Positions 23,531-33,366 of a DNA stretch of 38,865 nt are shown here, piece by piece (the stretch's first letter is position 1; each line of letters starts with the position of its first letter). Under the pieces are notes generated by a model. It was not told the origin of the DNA. It searched no databases and saw only the letters and a list, made by a program, of their open reading frames with translations. Made by a program: the position numbers and the translations under genes. Source of the DNA: Polyangiaceae bacterium (GTDB taxonomy: Bacteria; Myxococcota_A; Polyangia; Polyangiales; Polyangiaceae); the NCBI GenBank assembly GCA_036271175.1, contig DATBBD010000516.1, positions 1-38,865 of the forward strand, given 5' to 3'.

Positions 23531-24624
23531 CGTGTCTCCGCGACGGAGATCGCGCTCGGTTCTTTGTGTTCGCCTTCACGTCGCGTGAACGACTCGGAAT
23601 AGGCCGCCGAGCGCGCGCTCAGCAAGGGATCGTCCGACGCGGTCATGCCTACCGGAAGCACCAGTGGATCGAAGTTGACGTCGCGCGCCCGGCTGGTCGC
23701 TTCGCTCTCGATGCGGTCGATGGTCAGCGTCCCGACGTCGACGCGTCGCCGATCCGCCGGCCACGGGAGGGTCGCGTCGTTGGTGGGGTCGCCCGGTTCG
23801 GCGACGGTCACGACGAGATGCCACTGCAAGGGGTGCTGGTGAATCGACGCGACGAGCCCATCGAACAAATAGTTGCGCCGAGCGGCGAGCGCGGCATCGA
23901 CCGGCGGCTTGGCGGGTTCGACCGCGACCATGGACCAGCGAACGAAGACCGACGTACCGGCCTCATTCACGAACCGGAACGCATTCAACGAATTGAACGT
24001 GTCGTTCTCGAATCCCGACGACCTCGGTTGCGCACCGATCAATTGGAGCGCCTTGGCCGATGCCGGATTTTCTCGAAGAAACCGTGCGATTTTCTGCGGG
24101 TCGGGCTTCGACGTCGAGGGATCCGGTACCGACGCCAGGAGGTTCTCGTAGAACGCCTGCGCGGTGTTCACGTTGAACACCGGGATGTCGTTCATGCCGG
24201 TGCGCCATTCTTCGCCGTCCGGAAGCTCGAAGAGGAGCGCCATGCTCCGCACCTTGCCTTGTACGTCCGGAAGATAGGGCTGCCCACCGGCGAGCGCGAA
24301 CCGTCCGAGGACGGGCACGCGCCCCTTCTGGAACACGGACGCCTTGGACAGCGAAACGCCGGCGCCGTTGCTCTCGAACGCGCCGCTCACCCCGACGCCT
24401 TTGGCATGATTGCGACGAAATCCGGATTTCCGTCCGTTCGCGAGCTCGAAGGCGTCGATCATCGTCGCGGGCGTGAGCGCGTGCGGCGTGAGCCACCCCG
24501 CGCAATACGCGAACGACGCCGCGATCGTTCCGACGATGGCTCCGATGAGCGCGAGCCGCACGACGAGGCTCGCGCGCCCGAGTGGAGCCGGCGGATCCGC
24601 GGAAGTCGCGCCTTTCGAGTTCAT
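23527..24624 (-). CDS. Membrane-anchored catalase-family heme protein (catalase-related peroxidase-like)
   Basis: Likely start at ATG 24624; the ORF extends to 24660. N-terminal TM (LALIGAIVGTIAASFAY). Catalase-core motifs are present: FRRNHAKGVGVSGAFES, PVLGRFALAGG, VRSMALLF, IPVFNV and FDPLVLPVGMTASDDPLLSARSAAYSES. Confidence 0.75.
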   Translation of the reverse strand: MNSKGATSADPPAPLGRASLVVRLALIGAIVGTIAASFAYCAGWLTPHALTPATMIDAFELANGRKSGFRRNHAKGVGVSGAFESNGAGVSLSKASVFQKGRVPVLGRFALAGGQPYLPDVQGKVRSMALLFELPDGEEWRTGMNDIPVFNVNTAQAFYENLLASVPDPSTSKPDPQKIARFLRENPASAKALQLIGAQPRSSGFENDTFNSLNAFRFVNEAGTSVFVRWSMVAVEPAKPPVDAALAARRNYLFDGLVASIHQHPLQWHLVVTVAEPGDPTNDATLPWPADRRRVDVGTLTIDRIESEATSRARDVNFDPLVLPVGMTASDDPLLSARSAAYSESFTRREGEHKEPSAISVAETR

Positions 24625-24765
24625 CCGTGACCTGCGACGTTTCGCCCGTGCGACCGGCATCTAGTGCTCGCGGGTCGCGTCGCACAGTCCGAAATCTCGA
24701 ACGCCGGGGGACTTTCAGAAATGACCATGGTGCTCGTGGTATGTCGTGGGGGAGGTGAGAGAGTG

Positions 24766-26667
24766 ATGCGAGGGTCGATTGAGGGTTGGTCGGGCGTTCT
24801 GCTCGGAGCGATGACGGTTCTCGGGTGCGGCGTGAACGACTTGCACTTGAAGGCGTCCGAGGTGGATTCGGGCTCGGGGGGCAGCCCATCCGGAGCCGGG
24901 GGCGCGGTGAATTCGGGCGGCGCGTCGACGTCGAGCGGCGGAACGACGTCGAGCGGCGGAACGACGCCGGGCAGCGGCGGAACCTCGTCGCCCCAAACCG
25001 GAGGGACGCCCGGCGTTGGGGGCACAACGAGCACTTCCGGAGGGGCCAGCGGTTCTGGCGGCGTGCCTCCCGACGGCGGCCCGGGAACGGGCGGCATGAC
25101 ACAGACCTTCACTGGCGCGGCGTATCCGCTCGGAAGCGACTGCACGTCGGTCGGCACCCTCGCGTGCGCCGGCAATGCCCAGAAGCTCACGATGTTCTGC
25201 AGCGGCAATCCCCCGACCTGGCTCCCGGGACCGCCTTGTGGCACGGCTCAACTTTGCGATTCGACCCTCGGCGTCGATCAAGGAACCTGCGCGCCCACCG
25301 TCGCGGCCTGTAGCGGGCTCGAGCCCGGTGCGAAGACGTGCTCGGACGGCACCCACGCCGTATCGTGCGGTCCGGACCTCGTTTCGACAATGCCAGTGGC
25401 CACATGCAGCGGCGCGGAGCCGGTGTGTGCCGGCGGCACCTGCGTCCAGTGCGCGAACGGGGCCACGCGTTGCGGCACCGACGGCAAGAGCGTGCAGACG
25501 TGCACCGGCGGCATCTGGGGGGCCGCGACGGCGTGCGGAACCGTGTGCGGAGGCGGGAGCTGCCTCACGCCCGTCTCGGTCACGGCCGGCGATCGATACT
25601 CGTGTGCGCTCCTTTCGGACGGTTCGGCGTGGTGCTGGGGCTTCAACGGCGACGGACAGTTCGGCGACAGCACCCGGACCGATTCGTCGAAGCCGGTGCA
25701 GGTCCCCGGGATCCAGGCGAAGGCGATATCGGCGGGCGAGATTCATACCTGCGCGGCTCTCGTGAACGGCGCGGTCGAGTGCTGGGGCTTCAACGCCGAC
25801 GGCGAGCTCGGAAATGGGACGGAGATCGATTCACCGACGCCCGTCGTCGCGCAAAATCTCTCGAACGGGACCAAGGTGGCGTCGGGGACGAGCCACAGCT
25901 GCGCCGTCGTCGGGAGCTCGGTCGACTGCTGGGGGGAGAACGCGTTCGCCCAGCTCGGCAACGGCACGTTGACCGGGTCGACCAGCCCAACCGCAGTGCC
26001 GAACCTGAGCGGCGTCACGGCGGTCGTGGCCGGCGAGAACTTCAACTGTGCACTCATCAGCGGCGGCACGGTGGAGTGCTGGGGCATGAACGCCGACGGC
26101 GAGCTCGGCAACGGGGACAGCGTCGGCCCGAACACCTGCGGCTACGCGGGGGGGAATCAATATCCATGCGCAACCTCGCCCGTCGCCGTGATGGACCCGG
26201 GCGGCGTCACCAATCTGATCGGCGTGAGCGCGATCGCAGCCGGCCTCGAGACCGCGTGCGCGGTGCTGAAGAGTGGCGGCGTTCTCTGCTGGGGCGATGG
26301 TACGAACGGCAACCTCGGCAATGGATCGTCCGCGAAGTCCATCCTTCCCGTCGCGGTCTCGAATCTCACCGGCGCCGTCGGCATCGGCGTCGGAGATTTC
26401 TCCGCGTGTGCAGTGCTCGAAACCGGCGCCATCGATTGCTGGGGCGACAACGTGGACGGCGTGCTGGGTAGTGGCACGAGCGCCAGCTCGTCGGTACCGG
26501 TCGCGGTGTCGGGCTTGAAGGACGGCAAGCTCATCGCGGTGGGGTCGAGTCATGCTTGCGCGACGCTCGCGGCGGGCGCCATCGTATGCTGGGGTGACAA
26601 CTCTTCCGGCGAGCTCGGGAACGGCACCACGACTGGTTCGAGCAAGCCGGTCACCGTCGTGTGGTGA
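24766..26667 (+). CDS. RCC1-repeat (7-bladed propeller) lipoprotein with G/S/T linker and Cys-rich module
   Basis: I chose the start at ATG 24766, with GGAGG about 11 nt upstream. Lipobox MTVLGCG. There are seven repeats of the type xxCALxxxGxxxCWGxNxxGxLGxG (for example YSCALLSDGSAWCWGFNGDGQFGD and HACATLAAGAIVCWGDNSSGELGNG). Confidence 0.85.
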   Translation: MRGSIEGWSGVLLGAMTVLGCGVNDLHLKASEVDSGSGGSPSGAGGAVNSGGASTSSGGTTSSGGTTPGSGGTSSPQTGGTPGVGGTTSTSGGASGSGGVPPDGGPGTGGMTQTFTGAAYPLGSDCTSVGTLACAGNAQKLTMFCSGNPPTWLPGPPCGTAQLCDSTLGVDQGTCAPTVAACSGLEPGAKTCSDGTHAVSCGPDLVSTMPVATCSGAEPVCAGGTCVQCANGATRCGTDGKSVQTCTGGIWGAATACGTVCGGGSCLTPVSVTAGDRYSCALLSDGSAWCWGFNGDGQFGDSTRTDSSKPVQVPGIQAKAISAGEIHTCAALVNGAVECWGFNADGELGNGTEIDSPTPVVAQNLSNGTKVASGTSHSCAVVGSSVDCWGENAFAQLGNGTLTGSTSPTAVPNLSGVTAVVAGENFNCALISGGTVECWGMNADGELGNGDSVGPNTCGYAGGNQYPCATSPVAVMDPGGVTNLIGVSAIAAGLETACAVLKSGGVLCWGDGTNGNLGNGSSAKSILPVAVSNLTGAVGIGVGDFSACAVLETGAIDCWGDNVDGVLGSGTSASSSVPVAVSGLKDGKLIAVGSSHACATLAAGAIVCWGDNSSGELGNGTTTGSSKPVTVVW

Positions 26668-26673
26668 CGTGAA

Positions 26674-28497
26674 TCAGTCGCCGAGACCATACACGCACAC
26701 CTGATTCGAGAAGCTCGGCAAATAGACTTTGCCATTCGCGATCGTCGGATACGCATACTTCGCGAATTTGCCGCAATCGTCGCGCGCCGGCGTTTCCTGG
26801 CTGTTCCAGAGCTCGGTGAGCGTCTCGGCGTCGAACGCGCGAAACATCCCGGCGCGCACGTCTTGATTCGCGCTCCCGTCGCGCGAATGCGACGCCCAAA
26901 TCACCCCGCTGCCGCGCGCTCGGCCGTTCGCGGAAATGGACAGCATCGCACCCGGCATCGACGGCAAGCTCGTCACCGAGCTACTCATCGTGTGTGCGAC
27001 GTCGAGGATCGTGGCTCCCGGCGAATACGACGCCCCGAGGAACGGAAACGCCTTGAGCTGGTCGGTGTCGCCCCACACGTACACGCGGCCTCCATCGGGC
27101 CCATTCCAGAACACCGGAGATCCGCCGATGCGAAACGGCGCGCTCACCGGGAAAGTCTGCAGCACGTTGTCGTCCGTCGACGTCGAGTCGGTCAGGCCGC
27201 CCATGTCATCCAGGTCGACCACGAAGAGAATGCCGGCCTTCCCGCCGCCGACGCCGATGCGCGTGCCGGGAACGAGCAATATGCCGGCCGATCCCAGATC
27301 CAGATCGGCCGCCTCGAGCCTCACGTAGTCGTGCGGCGTGAAGAAGCTCTCTACCTTGAAGGTGCCGCCGTTCGGGCGAAGCTTGAGAAAGCTCTCGCCG
27401 CGCCCGACGAGCGAACGCGGATCGCCTTGATCACCGACCGAGCCGTTGCCGGTGATGACGAACACGTCCGTTCCGTCGGAGGCGGGGCCTTGCCCGGATT
27501 GCCAGACGCCGCCCTCGCTCCCGTTCGGCGTGGTGTTGTAGACGACGCGCTGGGCGAGCGTCGCCGCGTCGTAACCGATGATCCAGCCATGATACGGCGG
27601 CCAGTCGCAGTGCGCAGCCCAGCTCACGTACACGACTCCGTTCGAGAGCAGGAGCGCCGCGCGTTGGTTTTCGTGCAGCGGGTCGAACGCGACGGTGGTC
27701 GTTCCGTCGCCGGTTCCCGCGACGCTTGCGGAGATGGTCACCGGGCTCCCCGCGCGTTCCGTGCCGTCGGTGAGATCGACCGCGTGAATCTTCTGCACGA
27801 ACGCCGCCCCTTCGTGCGTTCTAGCGACGAGGTACATCGTGCGCGTCGCGGGGTCGATGACCGGCGTGCTGACGATGCCGATGTTGCCGCTGAAATCCTG
27901 GTAGTTTCCGTTGCACGCGCCGGTCATGTCGGCGTTTCGCGGCGGCACCACGCCGGGTCCGAGCAAGCTCCGCGACCACAGCGGCGCCGACGCCGCCGGG
28001 TCGTCGGCGTCGAAGGCGTAAATGGTGTCGTTCACCGTGACGACGAAGAGCACGTTCAGAACGCCGCGACCGGGGATCGCGAGACCGCTCACGAGGAGCG
28101 GCTGCGCATAGACTTGATCGTCGACCGCTCGCACGAACAGCTTCCGAAATCGGCCGCCGCCGACTGAATCGACGGTGAGCGTCGTTTCGGCCAAGTTGGC
28201 TCCCGTTCGGAACGTGTCATTGTGTTGGGTCACGATGTTCACGAGGGGCGGCGCTGTGGGGGCGCGTTGGTCCGGCGCGTCGGATGGATTCGCGGTCGCG
28301 TCCCGGAGCGAGCCCTCGCCGGACGAGGCGTCGCCCCTAGCCGCGTCGCGAGTCGGCGCGCCGCGGACGTGAACCGACGGACGGGAAGCGTCGCGAGGCG
28401 TCGTTCCGCCGCGAGCGCCGCGGTCGAAGGACGCTCCGTCGTTGGCGACGCAGCCCGCGGCGAGCACGCCGACGAACGCAAGGAGTGAACGCTCCAC
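26674..28497 (-). CDS. PQQ-like / BamB-like beta-propeller repeat lipoprotein
   Basis: I chose the start at GTG 28497 (MERSLLAFVGVLAAGC, lipobox). The upstream 333 codons of ORF 26674-29496 are Arg-rich and overlap the HupE gene. Motif NIVTQHNDTFRTGANLAETTLT ... VDDQVYAQPLLV ... NVLFVVTVNDTIYAFDADD is typical of the widespread PQQ-like propeller family. Confidence 0.65.
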   Translation of the reverse strand: MERSLLAFVGVLAAGCVANDGASFDRGARGGTTPRDASRPSVHVRGAPTRDAARGDASSGEGSLRDATANPSDAPDQRAPTAPPLVNIVTQHNDTFRTGANLAETTLTVDSVGGGRFRKLFVRAVDDQVYAQPLLVSGLAIPGRGVLNVLFVVTVNDTIYAFDADDPAASAPLWSRSLLGPGVVPPRNADMTGACNGNYQDFSGNIGIVSTPVIDPATRTMYLVARTHEGAAFVQKIHAVDLTDGTERAGSPVTISASVAGTGDGTTTVAFDPLHENQRAALLLSNGVVYVSWAAHCDWPPYHGWIIGYDAATLAQRVVYNTTPNGSEGGVWQSGQGPASDGTDVFVITGNGSVGDQGDPRSLVGRGESFLKLRPNGGTFKVESFFTPHDYVRLEAADLDLGSAGILLVPGTRIGVGGGKAGILFVVDLDDMGGLTDSTSTDDNVLQTFPVSAPFRIGGSPVFWNGPDGGRVYVWGDTDQLKAFPFLGASYSPGATILDVAHTMSSSVTSLPSMPGAMLSISANGRARGSGVIWASHSRDGSANQDVRAGMFRAFDAETLTELWNSQETPARDDCGKFAKYAYPTIANGKVYLPSFSNQVCVYGLGD

Positions 28498-28547
28498 GAT
28501 CGCCCATCTTACGACAATCGTCACCCGAACCACGCGACGTTTTGCGC

Positions 28548-29744
28548 TCAACCCGTCCCGAGCCCGAGCGCGAACAGCCGCGACACGAACCAGAACACGC
28601 CCACGCCCGCGACAGCCGCTGAGAGGCCTTCGGTGAGCAGCGCGTGCGCTTTTGGACGGCGCGACAGGACGAGCCCGAGCAGCGGCCAACAGAGGAGGAC
28701 GACGCCGAGTTGCCCGATCTCGACGCCGAGATTGAACCCGAAGAGCGCCGGCACGAGACGCCTGAGCGGCAGATCGAGCGCCGACATCGCCCCCGCGAAA
28801 CCGAAGCCGTGGATCAACCCGAACGCAAATGCGACGGCGACGCGAAGCCCTGCGGGTTCGCGCGAGCGCGCGAGGAGCGCGAAGTGGCACGCCGTGAACA
28901 CGAGCAACCCGAACAGCGCCGTGCGGCTCACCACGCCGCGTCCGGAGAGCAAGAGGAGAGCGAGCGCGCCGACGATGACGGCGGGGATCCTTCGCCCGCG
29001 CTTCGAGAGGAGCCAGGCGTTTTCGGCGCCGAGGAGCGCGATCGAGAACCCGATGAGCGCCTCGACCGGACGCGGATCGGGCTCCACGACGCGCAGCACG
29101 GCGAGTGCGAGCGTCAAACTGTGCGCGACCGTGAAGGCCGTCACGAGCCACGCCACTTGTCGAAAGGTCGTCGCGAGGAGCAAGAGGGCGAGCACGAACG
29201 CGACGTGATCGGGACCGGTGAGCAAGTGCTCCACGCCGAGCGCGACGTAGTCGAACAGCGAGCTCCCGGTGTTCGCGTCGAAGACGGCGCGTCGCGTCGA
29301 GGCGTCGAAGATCCGCTCGACGGGGTGCCCGGTGCCGTCGTCCCATCGAAGGAGATGCCGGTGACCGTCGCGGAGCAGCGTCACGAAGCCGACCGAAACG
29401 ACGCGTGCTCCCGTTCCGGTGCAATGCAGGGTCCAGCGCCACATCGACCAAGGGTCTGCCGCCGGCACGCGGTCGGGCGCGTTCGACGATGTGCATGCCA
29501 CGCCGCCGACCCGCATCTCGAAGAGCCGTTGCAGCGCGAGTCCCGCGGCGCGATCACGATTCGAATCGTCGTCGACGGGAACATCGAGGCGCGAGACGTC
29601 GGTCGCCGTCATTTGCACTTTCACGTCGACATCGCTGCCGTGAAGCGTCCAGAACGAATAGGACAAGGGACGCGAGTGCGCGCCGGCAACGGCGGTCACG
29701 CACGCGAACGCGAGCGCGATACCCGTGGCCACCCACCGTTTCAC
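28548..29744 (-). CDS. HupE/UreJ-family membrane protein with an N-terminal periplasmic domain
   Basis: Signal peptide MKRWVATGIALAFACVTAVAGAHS. Motif GVEHLLTGPDHVAFVLALLLL plus AFTVAHSLTLALAV, with 5-6 TM helices. The start overlaps the upstream gene's stop (ATGA-type overlap, 29741-29744). Confidence 0.75.
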   Translation of the reverse strand: MKRWVATGIALAFACVTAVAGAHSRPLSYSFWTLHGSDVDVKVQMTATDVSRLDVPVDDDSNRDRAAGLALQRLFEMRVGGVACTSSNAPDRVPAADPWSMWRWTLHCTGTGARVVSVGFVTLLRDGHRHLLRWDDGTGHPVERIFDASTRRAVFDANTGSSLFDYVALGVEHLLTGPDHVAFVLALLLLATTFRQVAWLVTAFTVAHSLTLALAVLRVVEPDPRPVEALIGFSIALLGAENAWLLSKRGRRIPAVIVGALALLLLSGRGVVSRTALFGLLVFTACHFALLARSREPAGLRVAVAFAFGLIHGFGFAGAMSALDLPLRRLVPALFGFNLGVEIGQLGVVLLCWPLLGLVLSRRPKAHALLTEGLSAAVAGVGVFWFVSRLFALGLGTG

Positions 29745-30634
29745 GGTAGGGTCGCCACTTTCCGAACGTCGGCCGCGCGGCGGAGTTCGTCCATTTTTGC
29801 GGCGAAAGCATCGTCCGCGGCTTTTCGTCGATAAAGGTCGGCGACGTGGTCGCGAATTTCGGAGAGCGGGAGCGCGCGGGGCGGGCCGCGGTCCACCAAG
29901 ACGACCACGCGGAACGCCTGGCCGTCGCCCACCGGCTCGGTCACCTGACCCGGTTTCATTTCGAGCAATCGCTCGAGCAAGACCGGGCCGAAGCGGCGAT
30001 TGATGTCGTCGGGCGAGAGCGGCGCGCTCGGCGAAGCGTCGCTGGATGGCGAACCGAGCGCCGCGTTCACGATGTCGAACGACTCACCCCGCCGCAGCCG
30101 TTCGACGGCTTCTGCCGCGCGAGCACGCGCCGGAGCGCGATCCGCCGCGTCCCGGATGTTCACCGCGAGCTCTCGGACACGCACGTCACCGGCGCCGGCG
30201 AACTGCGAGCGGACCTGCGCGTAGAATTTCTCGAGCTCCGCGTCGGTCGGGACGAGCGCCTCGGCGGACGCGCGCGCCGACGCGTAAACGGCGTTCAGAA
30301 GCGCGTTTCGCGTCGGCGGATCGCCGCGCACCATGCCTAGGGAAAGGCCTTGCTGGACCATCAATTCGTCGTCGATCAGTCGGTCGAGGACGGCTTTCTT
30401 GTCGGCGTCCGTGACCGGCCGATGCTCCGACTCGCCGACGGCCTTCAACGCGGCGTCGTAGGCGGGCCTCGAAATGCGCTCGCCGTTCACGAGCGCGACG
30501 CTGCCCGCCGGAACTCCTCGCGCCGAGCTACGTGCGGGCGCCGCCAATCCGCCGAGCGCCAGCGCCAGACCGACGCCCGCGCCGATCCACAAAAGAAATT
30601 CCGGGCGACGAACCCATCGCATGCGCGGACGCAC
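29741..30634 (-). CDS. Parvulin/SurA-like peptidyl-prolyl isomerase domain protein (periplasmic, membrane-anchored or secreted)
   Basis: N-terminal hydrophobic segment FLLWIGAGVGLALALGGLAA. SurA-N-like helical part, then a degenerate PpiC-type pattern (VRVRELAVNI ... RLRRGESFDIV ... MKPGQVTEPVGDGQAFRVVVLVDR). Confidence 0.55.
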   Translation of the reverse strand: MRPRMRWVRRPEFLLWIGAGVGLALALGGLAAPARSSARGVPAGSVALVNGERISRPAYDAALKAVGESEHRPVTDADKKAVLDRLIDDELMVQQGLSLGMVRGDPPTRNALLNAVYASARASAEALVPTDAELEKFYAQVRSQFAGAGDVRVRELAVNIRDAADRAPARARAAEAVERLRRGESFDIVNAALGSPSSDASPSAPLSPDDINRRFGPVLLERLLEMKPGQVTEPVGDGQAFRVVVLVDRGPPRALPLSEIRDHVADLYRRKAADDAFAAKMDELRRAADVRKVATLP

Positions 30635-30701
30635 TGTACTCGGCAGGCGCGGCGCGTCGCGGCCGATCGAGGAAGTCCGCGGTCCCGCGTGAAGGTCGCC
30701 G

Positions 30702-32198
30702 TCATTTTTCGGGCGGCTCGTCGCTCGCCGACGTCACCGACGGATCGTCGTCGTCCGGAAGGGCGCTCGCCGCCGGCTCTTCGATGCCGTTCATCGGGGT
30801 ATGCCATTTTTTCGATTCTTCTACGGTGCACGGCCGCGGATCGTTGCGGTCGTTCTGCACGCACTCGAGCGACCAGGCGACACGCGGCGCTTCGCCGGCG
30901 CTCGCCGCTTCCGCGCGGGCCGCGGCGATGTCGCCCGAAACGGCGAACGTGGTGAGCGCGGGGAAGCCGTCGACGATGATGAGCCCGGCGATCATCACGA
31001 GCAAGAACGGGAAGGTGAACCGATAGAGGTCCATCGTCGAACGATTGAACCGGTAGCTCGCGACGAACACGTTCTGGCCGAAGGGTGGGGTGAGATTGCA
31101 CACCTCGAGGTTCAAGAGAAACATGATGCACATGTGAAAGGGCTGAATGCCGAACGCCGCCGCGAACGGCGTGACCAGCGGGACGCACACGATGATCATG
31201 CTGATGCCGTCCATCACCATGAAGTACAGGAACGCGTTCAAGACGAGGAGGAACTGCCAGCGCTGGTGAATGCCGATCGCGCTCAGCCAGTCGTACGCGC
31301 GTTCGGGAATTTGCTGGCTGATGATGTAGTTCGTGAGCGACATGGCAAACGCCATGATGAGGAGCAGCCCTCCCGCGAGCCCGATCGAGTTGCGGATGAT
31401 TCGCGGAAGGTCTTTGACGGCGATGTCTCGATAGACGAAGACCTCGACGACGAGCGCGTAGAACACCGATAGCGCGGCGACTTCGTCGATTTGCGTCAAG
31501 CCCGTCGCGAGTCCCCCGAGAATGAGCACCGGGATCCCGAGTTCCCACTTCAAATCCCAGAGCGCGAGGCCGGTCTCTCGTACGACGAACTGCTTTCTCG
31601 GGACGCGGTGCTTGATCGCGACGTAAACCGCGTACCCGCTGAGGAGGACGATGACCAACATGCCGGGTGCGATGCCGGACTTGAACGCCTTGGTGAAGTC
31701 GATGCCGGCGAAGAGCGAATAAATGAGGATCGGGAGCGACGGGGGAAGGAGCAACCCCACCGAGCCGCTGGTCGTGACGAGACCGAGCGCGAACCGCTCC
31801 GGGTATCCCGCTTTCACCATCGCCGGATAGAGCAACGCGCCGATCGCCACGATGGTTATGGCGCTCCCGCCGGTGAATGTCGTGAAAAACGCGCTCGCCA
31901 TGATGCACACGATCGCGAGCCCTCCCGGCATCCACCCGAGAAACGCCTCGGCGGCGCGGACGATGCGCGCGGGCGTCTTCGATTCGGCGAGCATGTAGCC
32001 GAGAAACGTGAAGAGCGGCACGGTCACCAGGACCGGATTGCCGGCGAAGCGCTCGTCGAGCACGTCGGGCGCGAGAAACCGGAGCACGCGCATGCTCGGG
32101 TTGTCGTGGGTGAGCCACGCGAGCTCGGTGAACCCCGCCATCGCGGCGAAGATCGGCATGCCGAGGAGAACGAGGGCGGCGACGAGGAGCGAAAGCAT
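30702..32198 (-). CDS. dctM: TRAP transporter large permease (DctM family) with an acidic C-terminal extension of about 70 aa
   Basis: A polytopic protein of about 12 TM helices, starting MLSLLVAALVLLGMPIFAAMAGF. The DctM-like segments GGSAITIVAIGALLYPAMVKAGY and PPSLPILIYS are present. It begins 7 nt downstream of the DctQ-like gene. Confidence 0.85.
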   Translation of the reverse strand: MLSLLVAALVLLGMPIFAAMAGFTELAWLTHDNPSMRVLRFLAPDVLDERFAGNPVLVTVPLFTFLGYMLAESKTPARIVRAAEAFLGWMPGGLAIVCIMASAFFTTFTGGSAITIVAIGALLYPAMVKAGYPERFALGLVTTSGSVGLLLPPSLPILIYSLFAGIDFTKAFKSGIAPGMLVIVLLSGYAVYVAIKHRVPRKQFVVRETGLALWDLKWELGIPVLILGGLATGLTQIDEVAALSVFYALVVEVFVYRDIAVKDLPRIIRNSIGLAGGLLLIMAFAMSLTNYIISQQIPERAYDWLSAIGIHQRWQFLLVLNAFLYFMVMDGISMIIVCVPLVTPFAAAFGIQPFHMCIMFLLNLEVCNLTPPFGQNVFVASYRFNRSTMDLYRFTFPFLLVMIAGLIIVDGFPALTTFAVSGDIAAARAEAASAGEAPRVAWSLECVQNDRNDPRPCTVEESKKWHTPMNGIEEPAASALPDDDDPSVTSASDEPPEK

Positions 32199-32205
32199 GG
32201 TCGTT

Positions 32206-33288
32206 TCAGCTCCCCGCCGCTGGTTCGAGCGCTTCGTCTGACGCGTCCGGCTCCGCCGAAACGGCGCCGATCGAGACCAGTGCGACGCGAAGCAAGAAGC
32301 GGAGCGCGATCAGCAACAAGCCGACGGGGACGATGAGATCGCCGGCCTTGGTGAGCTCGCCGCGAGGTTCACCAAGACCCGGAATGACCACCAGAGGCGC
32401 GCGAGATTCGTCGTCGGGGATGAGCACCGCCAATGTCGCTTCGTGGCCATACCGCTGGTCGAATCCGGCGCTCGCGACCCAGTGGTTCCACTCGGCTCCC
32501 TTCAACCAGTCTGCGTATGGTTCGCCGCGAAACACGACGTGCGGCACTGACCTGAAGTCGAGCTCGAGCTGTGACCGGACGATGAAGCCGTCTTCGCCGA
32601 GCCGCTCGAAGACCTGCGCGACCTTCTGGCGCGCGGTCATGTCGGCGCGGGCGTCGAAATCCTCGATCGAGACATGGTCGAAAAATCCCCACGCGGCCGC
32701 TCCCGAGACCAGCGCGCACAAAAGTCCGGTCGCCGCGGCGGCCACCCAGCGCATTCGACCGCGCAAGAGGCGCGTCGTCATGTCGAGGACGATGTGCTTG
32801 CCGCGCGCCGTCGCGAGGGAGCCGCCGACGAGCGCGAGGATCAGATTGAGCCGCGTTCCGACGCCGCGGAGCCCGCCGACCAAGGTCAGGACGGAACCTT
32901 GTTGGTACCAGTTGAGCAGGTTCGACGTGTACTGAACGCCGACCGTCGCGACATGCGGCGCGACGAGCACACCGAGCACCGCGAACCCCACGGTCGCTCC
33001 GATGCGGGCTCGCGGCCGTGCGCGCTTTCCGGCGAACCACGCGCCGAGACCGAGACCGAGAGCGAGCAGAATGGCGCGCGCGACGATTCCGCCGTGGCTT
33101 TCGCTGTCGGCGGGCGTCGAGAGCCCTTTCAGGAGCACCCAGAGAGACATGGAGAAGACCTCGATCGCGACGGCGATCACGGCGACGGTCGTCTCGAGGC
33201 GTGTCCACGAGGCGTCGAGTCCGACGAGAAATCGCGCCGAGCGCGTTCGGTCGTCGCGGAGAGCGACCGGATCCGGGGGCCGAACCAT
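32206..33288 (-). CDS. dctQ: TRAP transporter small permease (DctQ-like), unusually long at 360 aa with an inserted soluble segment of about 110 aa
   Basis: The TM helices plus GTRLNLILALVGGSLATARGKHIVLDMTTRLL match the DctQ signature region (R..HI.vD). An extra hydrophilic domain (DHVSIEDFDARADM ... GLGEPRGEL) precedes the last TM. Confidence 0.7.
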   Translation of the reverse strand: MVRPPDPVALRDDRTRSARFLVGLDASWTRLETTVAVIAVAIEVFSMSLWVLLKGLSTPADSESHGGIVARAILLALGLGLGAWFAGKRARPRARIGATVGFAVLGVLVAPHVATVGVQYTSNLLNWYQQGSVLTLVGGLRGVGTRLNLILALVGGSLATARGKHIVLDMTTRLLRGRMRWVAAAATGLLCALVSGAAAWGFFDHVSIEDFDARADMTARQKVAQVFERLGEDGFIVRSQLELDFRSVPHVVFRGEPYADWLKGAEWNHWVASAGFDQRYGHEATLAVLIPDDESRAPLVVIPGLGEPRGELTKAGDLIVPVGLLLIALRFLLRVALVSIGAVSAEPDASDEALEPAAGS

Positions 33289-33366
33289 GAATGCGTCCTT
33301 TCGACGCCGCGGGTCGGGCGTCTTCCCTCATGGAGAGCGCTCCGGCCGGATGTGAACCGAAAACGA

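Noticed and set aside
28498-29496. The N-terminal 333 codons of ORF 26674-29496.
   Set aside because: They are Arg-rich and overlap the HupE/UreJ gene in another frame. An internal GTG at 28497 gives a clean lipoprotein signal (MERSLLAFVGVLAAGC), so the propeller gene starts there.
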